In this document: positions 18,047 to 27,149 of the stretch, piece after piece
Position numbering within the stretch: the first letter of the stretch is position 1
How the letters are laid out: every line of letters starts with the position of its first letter
Source: Pseudomonadota bacterium
GTDB taxonomy: Bacteria; Pseudomonadota; Gammaproteobacteria; Ga0077536
NCBI GenBank assembly: GCA_016719885.1
Contig: JADJYF010000001.1
Location: 414,150-478,149, forward strand
DNA: 64,000 nucleotides
Direction of reading: 5' to 3'
Program-made: the position numbers and the translations under genes
Notes under the pieces: model-generated
The model's database searches: none
What the model was told of the DNA's origin: nothing
What the model saw: the letters and a program-made list of their open reading frames with translations, nothing else

Positions 18047-18547
18047 TCAACCGGCCTTCGTTAGCGCCGCGTAACGACCGCCGAAATACAGCAGCGGCTC
18101 GATGCCGGGGCTGTCGTTGGTGACGATACGTTGGACCTGTCCGAGCATGATCTGATGGTCACCACCGGCGACGATGTCACTCACCGAGCACTCGATGGCG
18201 AGCAATGCGCCCTCGAGCAGCGGGGCGCCGGTGGCGCCGGCCGCGTGGGCGACGCCGTTGAATTTCTCATCGCCCTTCTTGGCAAAGCGGTTGGACAAGT
18301 CCTGCTGCGTACTGGCCAGAACGTTGATGCAGAACACCTTGGAGTCGCGCATCGGCGCCAGGGTGTCGGAGTTGTTGTCGACGCACACGATGAACATGGG
18401 CGGATTCAATGACAGCGAAGTCACGGCGTTCATGGTCAGTCCGTAAGGCTTGCCCGCGCCGTCGACCGTGGTGACGATGGACACGCCGGTGGCCCACAGG
18501 CCGCTGGCCCGTCGGAATGTGTCGGGGGTAATCGTGTTGTCGCTCAT
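18047..18547 (-). CDS. Flavin reductase (HpaC/NADH-FMN reductase family)
   Basis: Flavin_Reduct domain: FRRASGLWATGVSIVTTVDGAGKPYGLTMNAVTSLSLNPPMFIVCV. Confidence 0.8.
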   Translation of the reverse strand: MSDNTITPDTFRRASGLWATGVSIVTTVDGAGKPYGLTMNAVTSLSLNPPMFIVCVDNNSDTLAPMRDSKVFCINVLASTQQDLSNRFAKKGDEKFNGVAHAAGATGAPLLEGALLAIECSVSDIVAGGDHQIMLGQVQRIVTNDSPGIEPLLYFGGRYAALTKAG

Positions 18548-19205
18548 GTAGTGATCCAGGGTGGTTCGTTCCGGGGCGTCACTCTGCTACGAAGCGCGCA
18601 CCGCGTGCAAGGCGATGCCAAGGCTGGCCTGGCTCCGTCCCCGCGCCGAGCCCGTGACGCCGTGGCGCCAGGACGTCGACCCAGGCCGGCATATTGATGT
18701 AGGGCGGTGGGCGGACTAGCGCCAAGGCGGAGCGGGCGACCCCGCCTTATGGGGAGGCAGGATACGGTCGGCCCATGTCCTGATATGGGACACCCGGCCA
18801 TCATGCCGGACCCTTCTCGGGCAGCGCCGACGCCCGACCGCGCGCCGTGGGCTGGCGCCTGCGGCATCCCTCGCTTTGTGGTTAATTTCCAACGCCATTA
18901 GTGTTTATCTTTCACCACACTCGTGGCAGAATTCGCGAGGCTTAGGTTATTGTCGTTGCGGAATTACGTCGCGCGGCCGTTATAGACACGGCGGCCATGC
19001 AACAAGTGGTCGCCGCGTGGCGCTTCGAAACGATTCACGATGGCGAAGCGCGGTGAAATGGGCTGGACGCCCGTGAGCGCAGCAAGGCGGGCAGGGATGC
19101 TCTGGCTCGCCGCTGACAATCACCGACAGGAATTGCGAATGGCCGTGAACGACAGCAATGAAGTTCGCGGCTTTGTTAAATGGGGAAGACATGGGAGATA
19201 AATCC

Positions 19206-21611
19206 ATGAAGCAACCGAAAGGCGTGTTTCGAACAGCCTTGGCTGCCGCGCTGGCGCTTGGCGCCTCGCACGCGCATGCCGTGGTCACCTTCGACGCCAT
19301 GGGCGGCGAGGTGGAAGTCGAAGGCTCCCTGACGAGTACCGTGCGCGCCCACGTGGGTTCGGGCGACGCGTATCTCGGTCAGTGGATACAGCGACTCCAG
19401 GTAGAGGCCTCAGTCAACTACGAAAACGTGGGTGTTTTCGACAAGCTGAGTTTCTTCGGCATCATTCGTCCGGAATATGACATTGCCCAGGACATGGGCG
19501 ACATCACCGGCAACCACATCGGCGAAGGCTCGACCAGCCCGTCGCTGGTCGACAGGTCGAAGTTCAACTACCAGAACGAAGGCTTGGCTTTCGGTGGTTT
19601 CGACGCGTTCTTCGGCCCCGGCTCGTTCCAGACCGGCGGTATCGGCAAGATCGTGGCGATGGGCTTCGAGAACCCGGAATGGCTCGAGAAGAACTTCGAA
19701 GTCGATTTCTCGCGCAGCCCGCTGAACAAGCACCAGCGCATCAAGTTCACCGGCACCACGCCGTTCGGCGGCGGCGGTGTGAACGCGCCCGGCGGCGGTT
19801 TCCCGTTCGTCGTGCAGAAGGGTTCCAATCTCGACCTCGACTGCCGTCATTGCCCGGACCTCAATCTGAGCAACCTGGACGTAGCGCTCAACAACACCGA
19901 CTCCAACGGTCGCCTGTACCCCTTCCGCGAACTGTATGCTGACGCCGTCGCCGGCGACTTCTGGTTCCGCGTCGGCAAGCAGCAGATCGTGTGGGGCAAG
20001 ACGGACTTCTTCCGTCTGCAGGACGTCATCAACCCGGTCGACTTCGGCCAGCACTTCTTCTTCGATTCCTTCGAAGACATCCGCATTCCGCAGTGGATGG
20101 CTTCCGCGCAGTGGAAGTTCGGCTCGCTGGGTCCGTTGACCGACAACGCCGTGCAGGTGGTGTGGAACTTCGACCGTTTCCAGGGCGTAGGCCTCGGCAA
20201 CCCGTCGCACTTCTGGGCGCACCCGTTCTCGAAGGACATCAGCACCTTCGCGATCTTCAACACCTTCTTCACGCCGGAACCCTGCGTGAATGCGGCCACC
20301 GTCATCAACAACCCGGGCTTCATGAAGGCCGTGGACGTTTGCGGCGCCCTGGGCCCGCAGGATCCGCGTAAGGCTTCGGGCTTCGGTGCGTCCGCCGGTA
20401 TGGACGGCTACCACATGCCGGGCTACCAGATTGGTAACACGGAAGCTGGCTGGCGTTGGGAATTCCGCCTGTCTGACTGGCGCGTGGCACTGTCTCACTG
20501 GTATGGCTGGAACGACGCTCCGGTGTTCCGTTTCCACACCGTGCACACGATTGCGGCTCTGACCCCGGGTGGCGTGGCTTCGGCCAACAACCTGACGGTC
20601 GCCGACCTGACGCTCGCGCGTCGTGACCAGGCCACGGCTGTTGCCAACGGCCTGTTCTCGGCCAACAGCCTGGCCGGTGGCGACAAGCCGAGCTCGCTGG
20701 TCCATGCCGCGCGTCTGGGCGCGTTCAGCGCTACCACCAACCCGGGTGCCCTGGGTGGTGCGGTGCCGATCGTGTCGCAGACCCCGCAGCAGGCGGCCCG
20801 TGCCCTGATGCAGAGCCCGGTCAAAGCCTATCGCGATGCCGCGCGTCACGCTGCCAGCACCAAGAACTACTCGGCGCTGTGGGCTGCTACCGCCCCGTCG
20901 CTGGCGGCTGCCATCAACAAGAACACCAACAACGTCAACGGCCTCGGCCCGGTGCTGGGTGGTCAGGCGTCTGCTGAATACAAGCAGGCCCATACCCTCG
21001 GCCTGTCCTTCGACTACTTCGAGCAGTACACCGGCACGGTGTGGCGCGTGGAGTCGTCGTGGACGCTGGACGAACTGGTGATGAACACCCGTGCGGTCGA
21101 CTGGCGCGATACCAGCGACGTCATGCGGTGGTCCATTGGTATCGACCGTCCGACCTTCCTGAAGTGGCTCAACAAGGACCGCACTTTCTTCCTGTCCTTG
21201 CAGATGTTCGACACCTGGTATCTTGATCACGAAGGTGACAAGCACACCGGCTTCCTGAACGACGAGCACAACTTCATCACGACGTTCTTCTTCATCGGCA
21301 ACTACATGCGTGATCGCCTGAAGCCGGTGGGTTTCTACGTCTGGGAAGAAGCGAGCAACTCGCACGTCGCTGGTTTGAACCTCGAGTGGCTGATGGACAA
21401 CCATTGGTCGATCAAGGGTGGCTTCCACACCATCTGGGGTGGCACCGGCAATACCAACCACGACACCGGTCCGTTCACGACTTTCGTGACCCCGGGCTCG
21501 GATAACACCGTCAACCCGTACGTGATCTCGAACCTGGGTGTTGCTCACCAGGGTCTGGGCGCCGTGCGCAACTACGACGAAATCTTCTTCGAGCTGAAGT
21601 ACCAGTTCTAA
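19206..21611 (+). CDS. DUF1302 family outer-membrane protein
   Basis: RBS gggaga 8 nt upstream of the ATG. Signal peptide MKQPKGVFRTALAAALALGASHAHA. 800-aa, Gly/aromatic-rich, beta-barrel-like composition ending in ...FFELKYQF (C-terminal aromatic). It is paired in the locus with a DUF1329 gene. Confidence 0.65.
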   Translation: MKQPKGVFRTALAAALALGASHAHAVVTFDAMGGEVEVEGSLTSTVRAHVGSGDAYLGQWIQRLQVEASVNYENVGVFDKLSFFGIIRPEYDIAQDMGDITGNHIGEGSTSPSLVDRSKFNYQNEGLAFGGFDAFFGPGSFQTGGIGKIVAMGFENPEWLEKNFEVDFSRSPLNKHQRIKFTGTTPFGGGGVNAPGGGFPFVVQKGSNLDLDCRHCPDLNLSNLDVALNNTDSNGRLYPFRELYADAVAGDFWFRVGKQQIVWGKTDFFRLQDVINPVDFGQHFFFDSFEDIRIPQWMASAQWKFGSLGPLTDNAVQVVWNFDRFQGVGLGNPSHFWAHPFSKDISTFAIFNTFFTPEPCVNAATVINNPGFMKAVDVCGALGPQDPRKASGFGASAGMDGYHMPGYQIGNTEAGWRWEFRLSDWRVALSHWYGWNDAPVFRFHTVHTIAALTPGGVASANNLTVADLTLARRDQATAVANGLFSANSLAGGDKPSSLVHAARLGAFSATTNPGALGGAVPIVSQTPQQAARALMQSPVKAYRDAARHAASTKNYSALWAATAPSLAAAINKNTNNVNGLGPVLGGQASAEYKQAHTLGLSFDYFEQYTGTVWRVESSWTLDELVMNTRAVDWRDTSDVMRWSIGIDRPTFLKWLNKDRTFFLSLQMFDTWYLDHEGDKHTGFLNDEHNFITTFFFIGNYMRDRLKPVGFYVWEEASNSHVAGLNLEWLMDNHWSIKGGFHTIWGGTGNTNHDTGPFTTFVTPGSDNTVNPYVISNLGVAHQGLGAVRNYDEIFFELKYQF

Positions 21612-21667
21612 GTTGTTTCGCCAGCCCCCGCGCGGCCATCGCGGCCGCGCCGTGGGCACGAGATTGA

Positions 21668-21698
21668 AAACGGAGGGCACTGCCCTCCGTTTTTTTTG
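21668..21698 (+). terminator. Rho-independent terminator after the DUF1302 gene
   Basis: ggagggca-c-tgccctcc stem followed by tttttttt. Confidence 0.7.
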
Positions 21699-21905
21699 CC
21701 CCGGTCTTTGCCCTCGACGACGAGCGGCGACGCCCGACGGGCATCGCGTCAAGTGGATGGCGGGCGCGCGACCGTTTGCTAACATGCCGCTGCCGTGGTC
21801 CCTGCCTTGAACCCCGCATCGGCCGATGGGAACCCACGTGGGCGATGATGGTCGAGACTAGGCTTGCCGTCCGCTCAGCGCCTTGAATCCCAGGAGTGTC
21901 GTGAA

Positions 21906-23138
21906 ATGCTGTATCCCTTCTCGCTGCGTGCGCTGTGTCTCGGTGTAGCCCTAGCGTGCCCGCTCGCCATGGCGGCCACGACGGTGGCGCCGGCCGCCAA
22001 GACGACGACAACGGCTGAGGCGGCGACCGACGCGGCCGGTGAAGACGCCGAGGGGGCCGCGCGACTGGTGCGCGAGGCGGTGTCCGTGGCGCGCCAGTTG
22101 CGCAAATCCGAGAACTTCTACGACCAGGTCGCGGCGGCCGGCACGCTCGTCGACATCGGCGACAAGGAATCGCTGCAGTTCCTCGCCGATACCTTGTCCC
22201 ATCCCGACTGGTCGCTGATGCGCTCGGCCATCGACATGCTGCTCAACGTCCAACACCCGGCTGGCATCGATCTCATCTATCGCGCTGCGCAACAGGACGG
22301 CGAAGGCGTATTCATCAAGTTCCTGTCCGAATCCCTGGCCACGCGCCCGCGTGAAGACATGGCTGAATTCCTGATGACGGCATTGAAGGCGGATGATACC
22401 TGGGTCAAGAAGCATGCCCTGCAGGCGCTCGCCACCTTGCCCTTCAGCGACAAGGAAAAGCGCATCCGCTCGATCGCCGAAGACACGCATCAGGACTCGA
22501 TGACACGCGCCTATGCCTACTACGTCTTGATGGACACCGACGCGCGCAACCAGTCGCTGGACAAACTGCTGGATCTCGCCGTCAACGGCAGCCCGGATGC
22601 ACAGGAAGCGGCGGCGGTGGGCCTGGGGCTGGTCAAGAACGCCAAGACCCAGGCGGCATTGCAGTCCCTCGAAGCGTCGGACAACTCGCGTGCGCAATTG
22701 GCGGCCTACGCCAGCGAAGCCGGCTTTGGCGCCGATGACGCGATTTCCGTCATCGTCGAGAAGATTGCCCACGGCAGCGGCATGGAGTCATCGGTCGCGG
22801 CCGCCAGCGTGCGTCGCATGCCAGGCCCCATCGCCAGTCAGATCTCCGAATTGGTCACCACCTGCTGCAAGCTCGACACCGAGGTCGCGGCGCGCCTGCT
22901 CGAGTCCTGGGCGACCATCGATGCGGACCCCGGCCGCATGTTGAAATGGGGTTTGAACAATGCCGATCCGTCGGTACGCATGCAGGCGGTGTGGTTGGTG
23001 GGCGAGCGCCAGGATCGCAAGTATCTCAAGGACATCGGCCCGCTGCTCAAGGATTCGGACAGCGGTATACGGGCCATGGCGTCGTGGGCTATAGTCCGCA
23101 TCCTCGGCGACGAATACGACCCCGGGGTTGAGATCTAG
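21906..23138 (+). CDS. Secreted HEAT/PBS-lyase repeat protein
   Basis: Signal peptide MLYPFSLRALCLGVALACPLAMA followed by repeated helical about 30-aa units (...SVRMQAVWLVGE..., ...SGIRAMASWAIVRIL...). Confidence 0.6.
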   Translation: MLYPFSLRALCLGVALACPLAMAATTVAPAAKTTTTAEAATDAAGEDAEGAARLVREAVSVARQLRKSENFYDQVAAAGTLVDIGDKESLQFLADTLSHPDWSLMRSAIDMLLNVQHPAGIDLIYRAAQQDGEGVFIKFLSESLATRPREDMAEFLMTALKADDTWVKKHALQALATLPFSDKEKRIRSIAEDTHQDSMTRAYAYYVLMDTDARNQSLDKLLDLAVNGSPDAQEAAAVGLGLVKNAKTQAALQSLEASDNSRAQLAAYASEAGFGADDAISVIVEKIAHGSGMESSVAAASVRRMPGPIASQISELVTTCCKLDTEVAARLLESWATIDADPGRMLKWGLNNADPSVRMQAVWLVGERQDRKYLKDIGPLLKDSDSGIRAMASWAIVRILGDEYDPGVEI

Positions 23139-23150
23139 TGTGCTGACATC

Positions 23151-23750
23151 GTGAGTGACGCCGACAGCAAACCCGTCGTTGGGGCCTGGGAAGTCCTGGC
23201 GTCCGACGAGCTCTACCGCAATCCCTATTTCGCGTTCCGCCGTGAAACCTGCATGCTGCCCAACGAACGCATCATGCCGGCCTATTACGTGTGGGAGATG
23301 GTCGACTGGGTCAATGTCGTCGCGCTCACCCGCGCCGGCCAGTTGATACTCGTCAACCAGTATCGGCACGCGGCCAAGAATCGCTTCGTGGAATTCCCGG
23401 GTGGTACCACCGAGCCGGCCGCCAATGAAAGCCATGAGCAGGCGGCACGGCGCGAACTGCGCGAGGAGACCGGCTACGTGCCCGGCGCGCTGCACTACCT
23501 CGGCATGCACTATCCCAATCCCGGTTTGCAGGACAATCGCATGCACGTGTATCTCGCCGTCGATTGCGAGCGCATGGGCGAGCCGACCCTGGACCCGTTC
23601 GAAGACATCGAAGTGGAGTTGGTCGAAGTGGCCGATTTCCTCGACATGTTTCAGCATGGACGCCCGATTCATGCCTTGATGATGGCGTCCCTGACCATGG
23701 CCCTGCCGGCCATCAAGAAATTTTGCGCTAACGTGCCCAGCCCGATCTGA
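23151..23750 (+). CDS. NUDIX hydrolase (ADP-ribose pyrophosphatase-like)
   Basis: Nudix box GGTTEPAANESHEQAARRELREETG (GX5EX7REUXEEXGU). Confidence 0.85.
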   Translation: MSDADSKPVVGAWEVLASDELYRNPYFAFRRETCMLPNERIMPAYYVWEMVDWVNVVALTRAGQLILVNQYRHAAKNRFVEFPGGTTEPAANESHEQAARRELREETGYVPGALHYLGMHYPNPGLQDNRMHVYLAVDCERMGEPTLDPFEDIEVELVEVADFLDMFQHGRPIHALMMASLTMALPAIKKFCANVPSPI

Positions 23751-23810
23751 GCGCTTCCGCGTCGTAGCGCCGTCACCCATCATTCAACGGACAAGCAAGG
23801 GGCCTTCATC

Positions 23811-25100
23811 GTGCTCAATCATTTGCGAGCTGTGCTGTGTTCATTCGTGGCGCTGGCCTGGGTGCCGAGCTCCGCGCATGCCGGCGATTTCGATTTCGAC
23901 GTCGCCGCGGCGCAGGCCAAGTCACCGCCGGCCGGCACCGTCATCGGCCAGGACAACGTCGACGGCATGGCCGAGATCATGGACCCGGACTTCGCCGGGC
24001 TGGTGAAGCAGGGCTGGTTGACCATCACCGTCGGCGAACCGATCCCGTTCGACCAGCATCCGAACTATATCGCTGCCACCGAGAAGTACGCGGGCCAGAC
24101 CCAGCTCGGCAGCGAGCCTGGCGAGCTGTTGAACTACACCGCCGGGCGGCCGTTTCCCGGTGAGTTGTCGAGCGATGATCCGCGCGCCGGTGAGAAACTC
24201 GCCTGGAACATGCGTTATGCCTATGCCGGTGACGGCGGTGAAATTCCAGAGATGTACTGGTACTACCGCGACATGCGCAGCCAGAAGGTCGAACGCGTGC
24301 TGGAGTTCGAAGCCGCATCGATGCGTTTCATGTACCGCCATGTCATCGACCCGATGCCGGAGATCAAGGACAACGGCTACAAGGTCTACAACGCCGTCAC
24401 GCTCACCGCGCTCGACCCGGGCGATGTCGCCAATACCAAGCTCATGATCTTCTACAACAGCGATGATCGCGCCGAAGAGCAGGGCTGGATGTACGTACCG
24501 CTGCTGCGCCGCGTGCGCCGCATCGCCACCTCGATGCGCACTGATTCGTTTCTCGGCAGCGATATCATGATCGAAGACTTCCTCGGTTACAGCGGCCGCA
24601 TCATGGACATGGACTGGAAGTACAACGGCGACCGCTACATCCTGCTGCCGATGTACCGCCACGACCAGGTGCCCCATTCCGACAAGAAAGCGCGCAAGTT
24701 CGATCACAAGTATGTCGACTTCGGCGGCCATTCCGGCTGCTTTCCCAACGTGACCTGGCAGGTACGCAAGGTGCACGTGCTGGAAGGCAAGCCCAAGCGC
24801 GCCGATCATCCCTTGTCCAAGCGCTATTTTTACGTCGATGCGCAGACCAAGTTCCCGGTGTTCGGCAAGGTTTACGACCGCGGTGACGCACTGTGGAAGT
24901 TCCTGTACGCGGGGCTGGCCCACCCGGATTATCACCTGCCGGAGAACAAGGGCAGCGGCGTACCGATGCTCGATTCGTCGGCGGTGGTCGACATCCAGAA
25001 CAAGCATTGCACGACCCTGCAGATGCTGACCCGCGTGAACCTGCCGAAGATGAACGCACGTGACTTCGAGCCGTCGTCGTTGAACGTCGGCGCGCGGTGA
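23811..25100 (+). CDS. DUF1329 family protein (LolA-like fold, outer-membrane associated)
   Basis: Signal peptide MLNHLRAVLCSFVALAWVPSSAHA. 429 aa. Typical partner of DUF1302 in the same locus. Confidence 0.65.
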   Translation: MLNHLRAVLCSFVALAWVPSSAHAGDFDFDVAAAQAKSPPAGTVIGQDNVDGMAEIMDPDFAGLVKQGWLTITVGEPIPFDQHPNYIAATEKYAGQTQLGSEPGELLNYTAGRPFPGELSSDDPRAGEKLAWNMRYAYAGDGGEIPEMYWYYRDMRSQKVERVLEFEAASMRFMYRHVIDPMPEIKDNGYKVYNAVTLTALDPGDVANTKLMIFYNSDDRAEEQGWMYVPLLRRVRRIATSMRTDSFLGSDIMIEDFLGYSGRIMDMDWKYNGDRYILLPMYRHDQVPHSDKKARKFDHKYVDFGGHSGCFPNVTWQVRKVHVLEGKPKRADHPLSKRYFYVDAQTKFPVFGKVYDRGDALWKFLYAGLAHPDYHLPENKGSGVPMLDSSAVVDIQNKHCTTLQMLTRVNLPKMNARDFEPSSLNVGAR

Positions 25101-25141
25101 GCGGGCCATACACGCGAAACCCTGGTTTGGGCGGTATGCGT

Positions 25142-25228
25142 GTAGGTGCGAGTTCATTCGCACATTGATCGGCGGGCCTCCAGCGCTGGGCGCGGCTCGA
25201 ATGTGCGAATTAATCCGCACCTGCAATT
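25142..25228. repeat. Nested-palindrome intergenic repeat element, family A (degenerate copy)
   Basis: Left arm taggtgcgagttcattcgcacattg and right arm gaatgtgcgaattaatccgcacctg are inverted copies of each other and flank a roughly 40-bp GC-rich loop. The same element occurs at 27044 and 41924. Confidence 0.7.
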
Positions 25229-25282
25229 ACGTTCGCTGTTCAATTGATGCGCGCCTTCGCGCGCGCTGGAGAGGGGAAGAAC

Positions 25283-26188
25283 ATGGCAAGCCCGCAAGCG
25301 GAAGCAATGAAGGATTTGTATCGTGGCTGGCTGGCCGTGATGGCGGCCAATCCCGAACTCGGCCTCGATGGTACGCGTGACCTGTTCGAGCACTGGGGTG
25401 ATTTGACCACCGACCCCGGTGGCGTCGATTACCTCGAGGTGAATGCCGGCGGTGTGCAATGCATGTGGGCGGTGCCCCATGGTTGCGCCGAGGATCGCGT
25501 GGCCCTGTGCACCCATGGCGGTGGCTACGTCGCGGGTTCGATGTACTCCCATCGCAAGATGTTCGGCCACATCGCCAAGGCCATCGGTTGCAAGGCGCTG
25601 ATCGTGCATTTCCGGCGTGCGCCCGAACACCCGCATCCAACCCCGGTGGAGGACACCGTCGCGGTCTATGCATGGCTGCTCGAGCAGGGTTACAAGCCGG
25701 AACATATCTGCACCACCGGCGATTCCGCGGGCGGTGCGCTGTCGACCACCGTGCTGCTGGCGGCGCGTGACAAGGGCTTGCCGCTGCCGGTCGCGGCCAT
25801 GCCGATGTCGCCCTGGTATGACATGGAAAGCCTTGGCGAATCGCTGAAGACCAATGCCGCCAAGGACTGCCTCGCCAATGAGTCCATGGTCAAGACCATG
25901 GCGGCGACCTTCCTCGGCGGCGCGTCGCCGGTCGACCCGCTCGCCAATCCGCTCAAGGCCAATCTCGAGGGCTTGCCGCCGATCTACATCCAGGTCGGTG
26001 GCGATGAAACCCTGCTCGATGATTCCCTGCGTTTCGAAAAACTGGCGCGGGCGGCGGGGGTCGATGTGCGTTGCGACGTGTTCGCCGAGATGCAGCACGT
26101 GTTCCAGTTCATGGCCGGTCGCGCGCCGGAGGCGGATGACGCCATCGCGCGCATGGCCGCCTGGGTCAAGCCCAAGCTCGGGCTTTAA
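25283..26188 (+). CDS. Alpha/beta-hydrolase esterase/lipase of the hormone-sensitive-lipase (family IV) type
   Basis: Oxyanion-hole HGGGY motif, nucleophile pentapeptide GDSAGG, downstream Asp/His. Confidence 0.85.
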   Translation: MASPQAEAMKDLYRGWLAVMAANPELGLDGTRDLFEHWGDLTTDPGGVDYLEVNAGGVQCMWAVPHGCAEDRVALCTHGGGYVAGSMYSHRKMFGHIAKAIGCKALIVHFRRAPEHPHPTPVEDTVAVYAWLLEQGYKPEHICTTGDSAGGALSTTVLLAARDKGLPLPVAAMPMSPWYDMESLGESLKTNAAKDCLANESMVKTMAATFLGGASPVDPLANPLKANLEGLPPIYIQVGGDETLLDDSLRFEKLARAAGVDVRCDVFAEMQHVFQFMAGRAPEADDAIARMAAWVKPKLGL

Positions 26189-26244
26189 ATCGGCTTGCGC
26201 GCGTCGCAGGCGCATTCAAACTCAGTGATGGAAAAAAGTATTCG

Positions 26245-27027
26245 ATGAATAATCCCGCACACGACCCGCGTTCGGTATTCGATCTCACGGGCAAGCGCAT
26301 CCTCGTCACCGGCGCATCCATGGGGCTCGGCAAGCGTTTCGGCTGGACGCTGGCGCGGGCCGGCGCCGAGGTCATCCTGGCGGCGCGCAGCGAAGACAAG
26401 CTGCGTGAACTGGCCGACAGCATTGCCGCGTTCGGCGGCAAGTGCGTATGCGTGGCGCTGGACGTACGCGACCGCGCCGCGATCCGTGACACGGTGGCGA
26501 GCATCGAACAGGCCGGTCCCATCGACGTGCTCGTCAACAACGCCGGCATCGCCATCGTCAAGGCGCCCGAGCGCTACCAGGATGACGATTGGGACAATGT
26601 CTACGAAACCAACCTACGCGGGCCGTGGGTGTTGGCGCAGGCCATCATCCAGCGCTGCCTGAAGGACGGGCGGCCGGGCAACATCGTCAATATCGCGTCG
26701 ATCCTGGGCATGCGCCCGCTTGGACATATCGCGCCTTATGCTGCAGCCAAGGCCGCGCTCATCAATCTCGGCCGCGAGCTGTGCGTGGACCTCGCCGGCC
26801 GCGGCATCCGCGTCAATGCGCTCGCGCCGGGCTATTTCGAAACGGAAATGAACCGCGACTGGCTGAAGTCACCGGCCGGCGAACGTCTGCGGCAACGCAT
26901 TCCCACCGGCCGCTTCGGTCAACCGGAGGATCTGGACGGCGCCATCCTGTTCCTGGCCTCGGACGCCTCGGTGTTCATGAACGGCCAGGTGCTGACCATC
27001 GACGGTGGGCATACCGCGGGGCTGTGA
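26245..27027 (+). CDS. SDR family oxidoreductase
   Basis: TGASMGLGK cofactor motif, NNAG, and catalytic YAAAK (YxxxK). Confidence 0.9.
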   Translation: MNNPAHDPRSVFDLTGKRILVTGASMGLGKRFGWTLARAGAEVILAARSEDKLRELADSIAAFGGKCVCVALDVRDRAAIRDTVASIEQAGPIDVLVNNAGIAIVKAPERYQDDDWDNVYETNLRGPWVLAQAIIQRCLKDGRPGNIVNIASILGMRPLGHIAPYAAAKAALINLGRELCVDLAGRGIRVNALAPGYFETEMNRDWLKSPAGERLRQRIPTGRFGQPEDLDGAILFLASDASVFMNGQVLTIDGGHTAGL

Positions 27028-27043
27028 CGCGAACAAGCATGGT

Positions 27044-27132
27044 ACCTGTAGGTGCGAATTCATTCGCACATTGTTGGCGGGCTCACACGCCCGGCATGGC
27101 CATTCCAATGTGCGAATGAATTCGCACCTACA
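27044..27132. repeat. Nested-palindrome intergenic repeat element, family A
   Basis: taggtgcgaattcattcgcacattg ... caatgtgcgaatgaattcgcaccta: perfect 25-bp inverted arms, each arm itself a near-palindrome (gtgcgaat/tc/attcgcac), separated by a 39-bp GC-rich loop. Confidence 0.8.
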
Positions 27133-27149
27133 GCGCCACACCTGATGCG

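Noticed and set aside
19410-21785. 791-aa minus-strand ORF
   Set aside because: It is antisense to the DUF1302 gene. It has no signal peptide and biased composition, while the plus-strand gene has an RBS, a signal peptide and a terminator.
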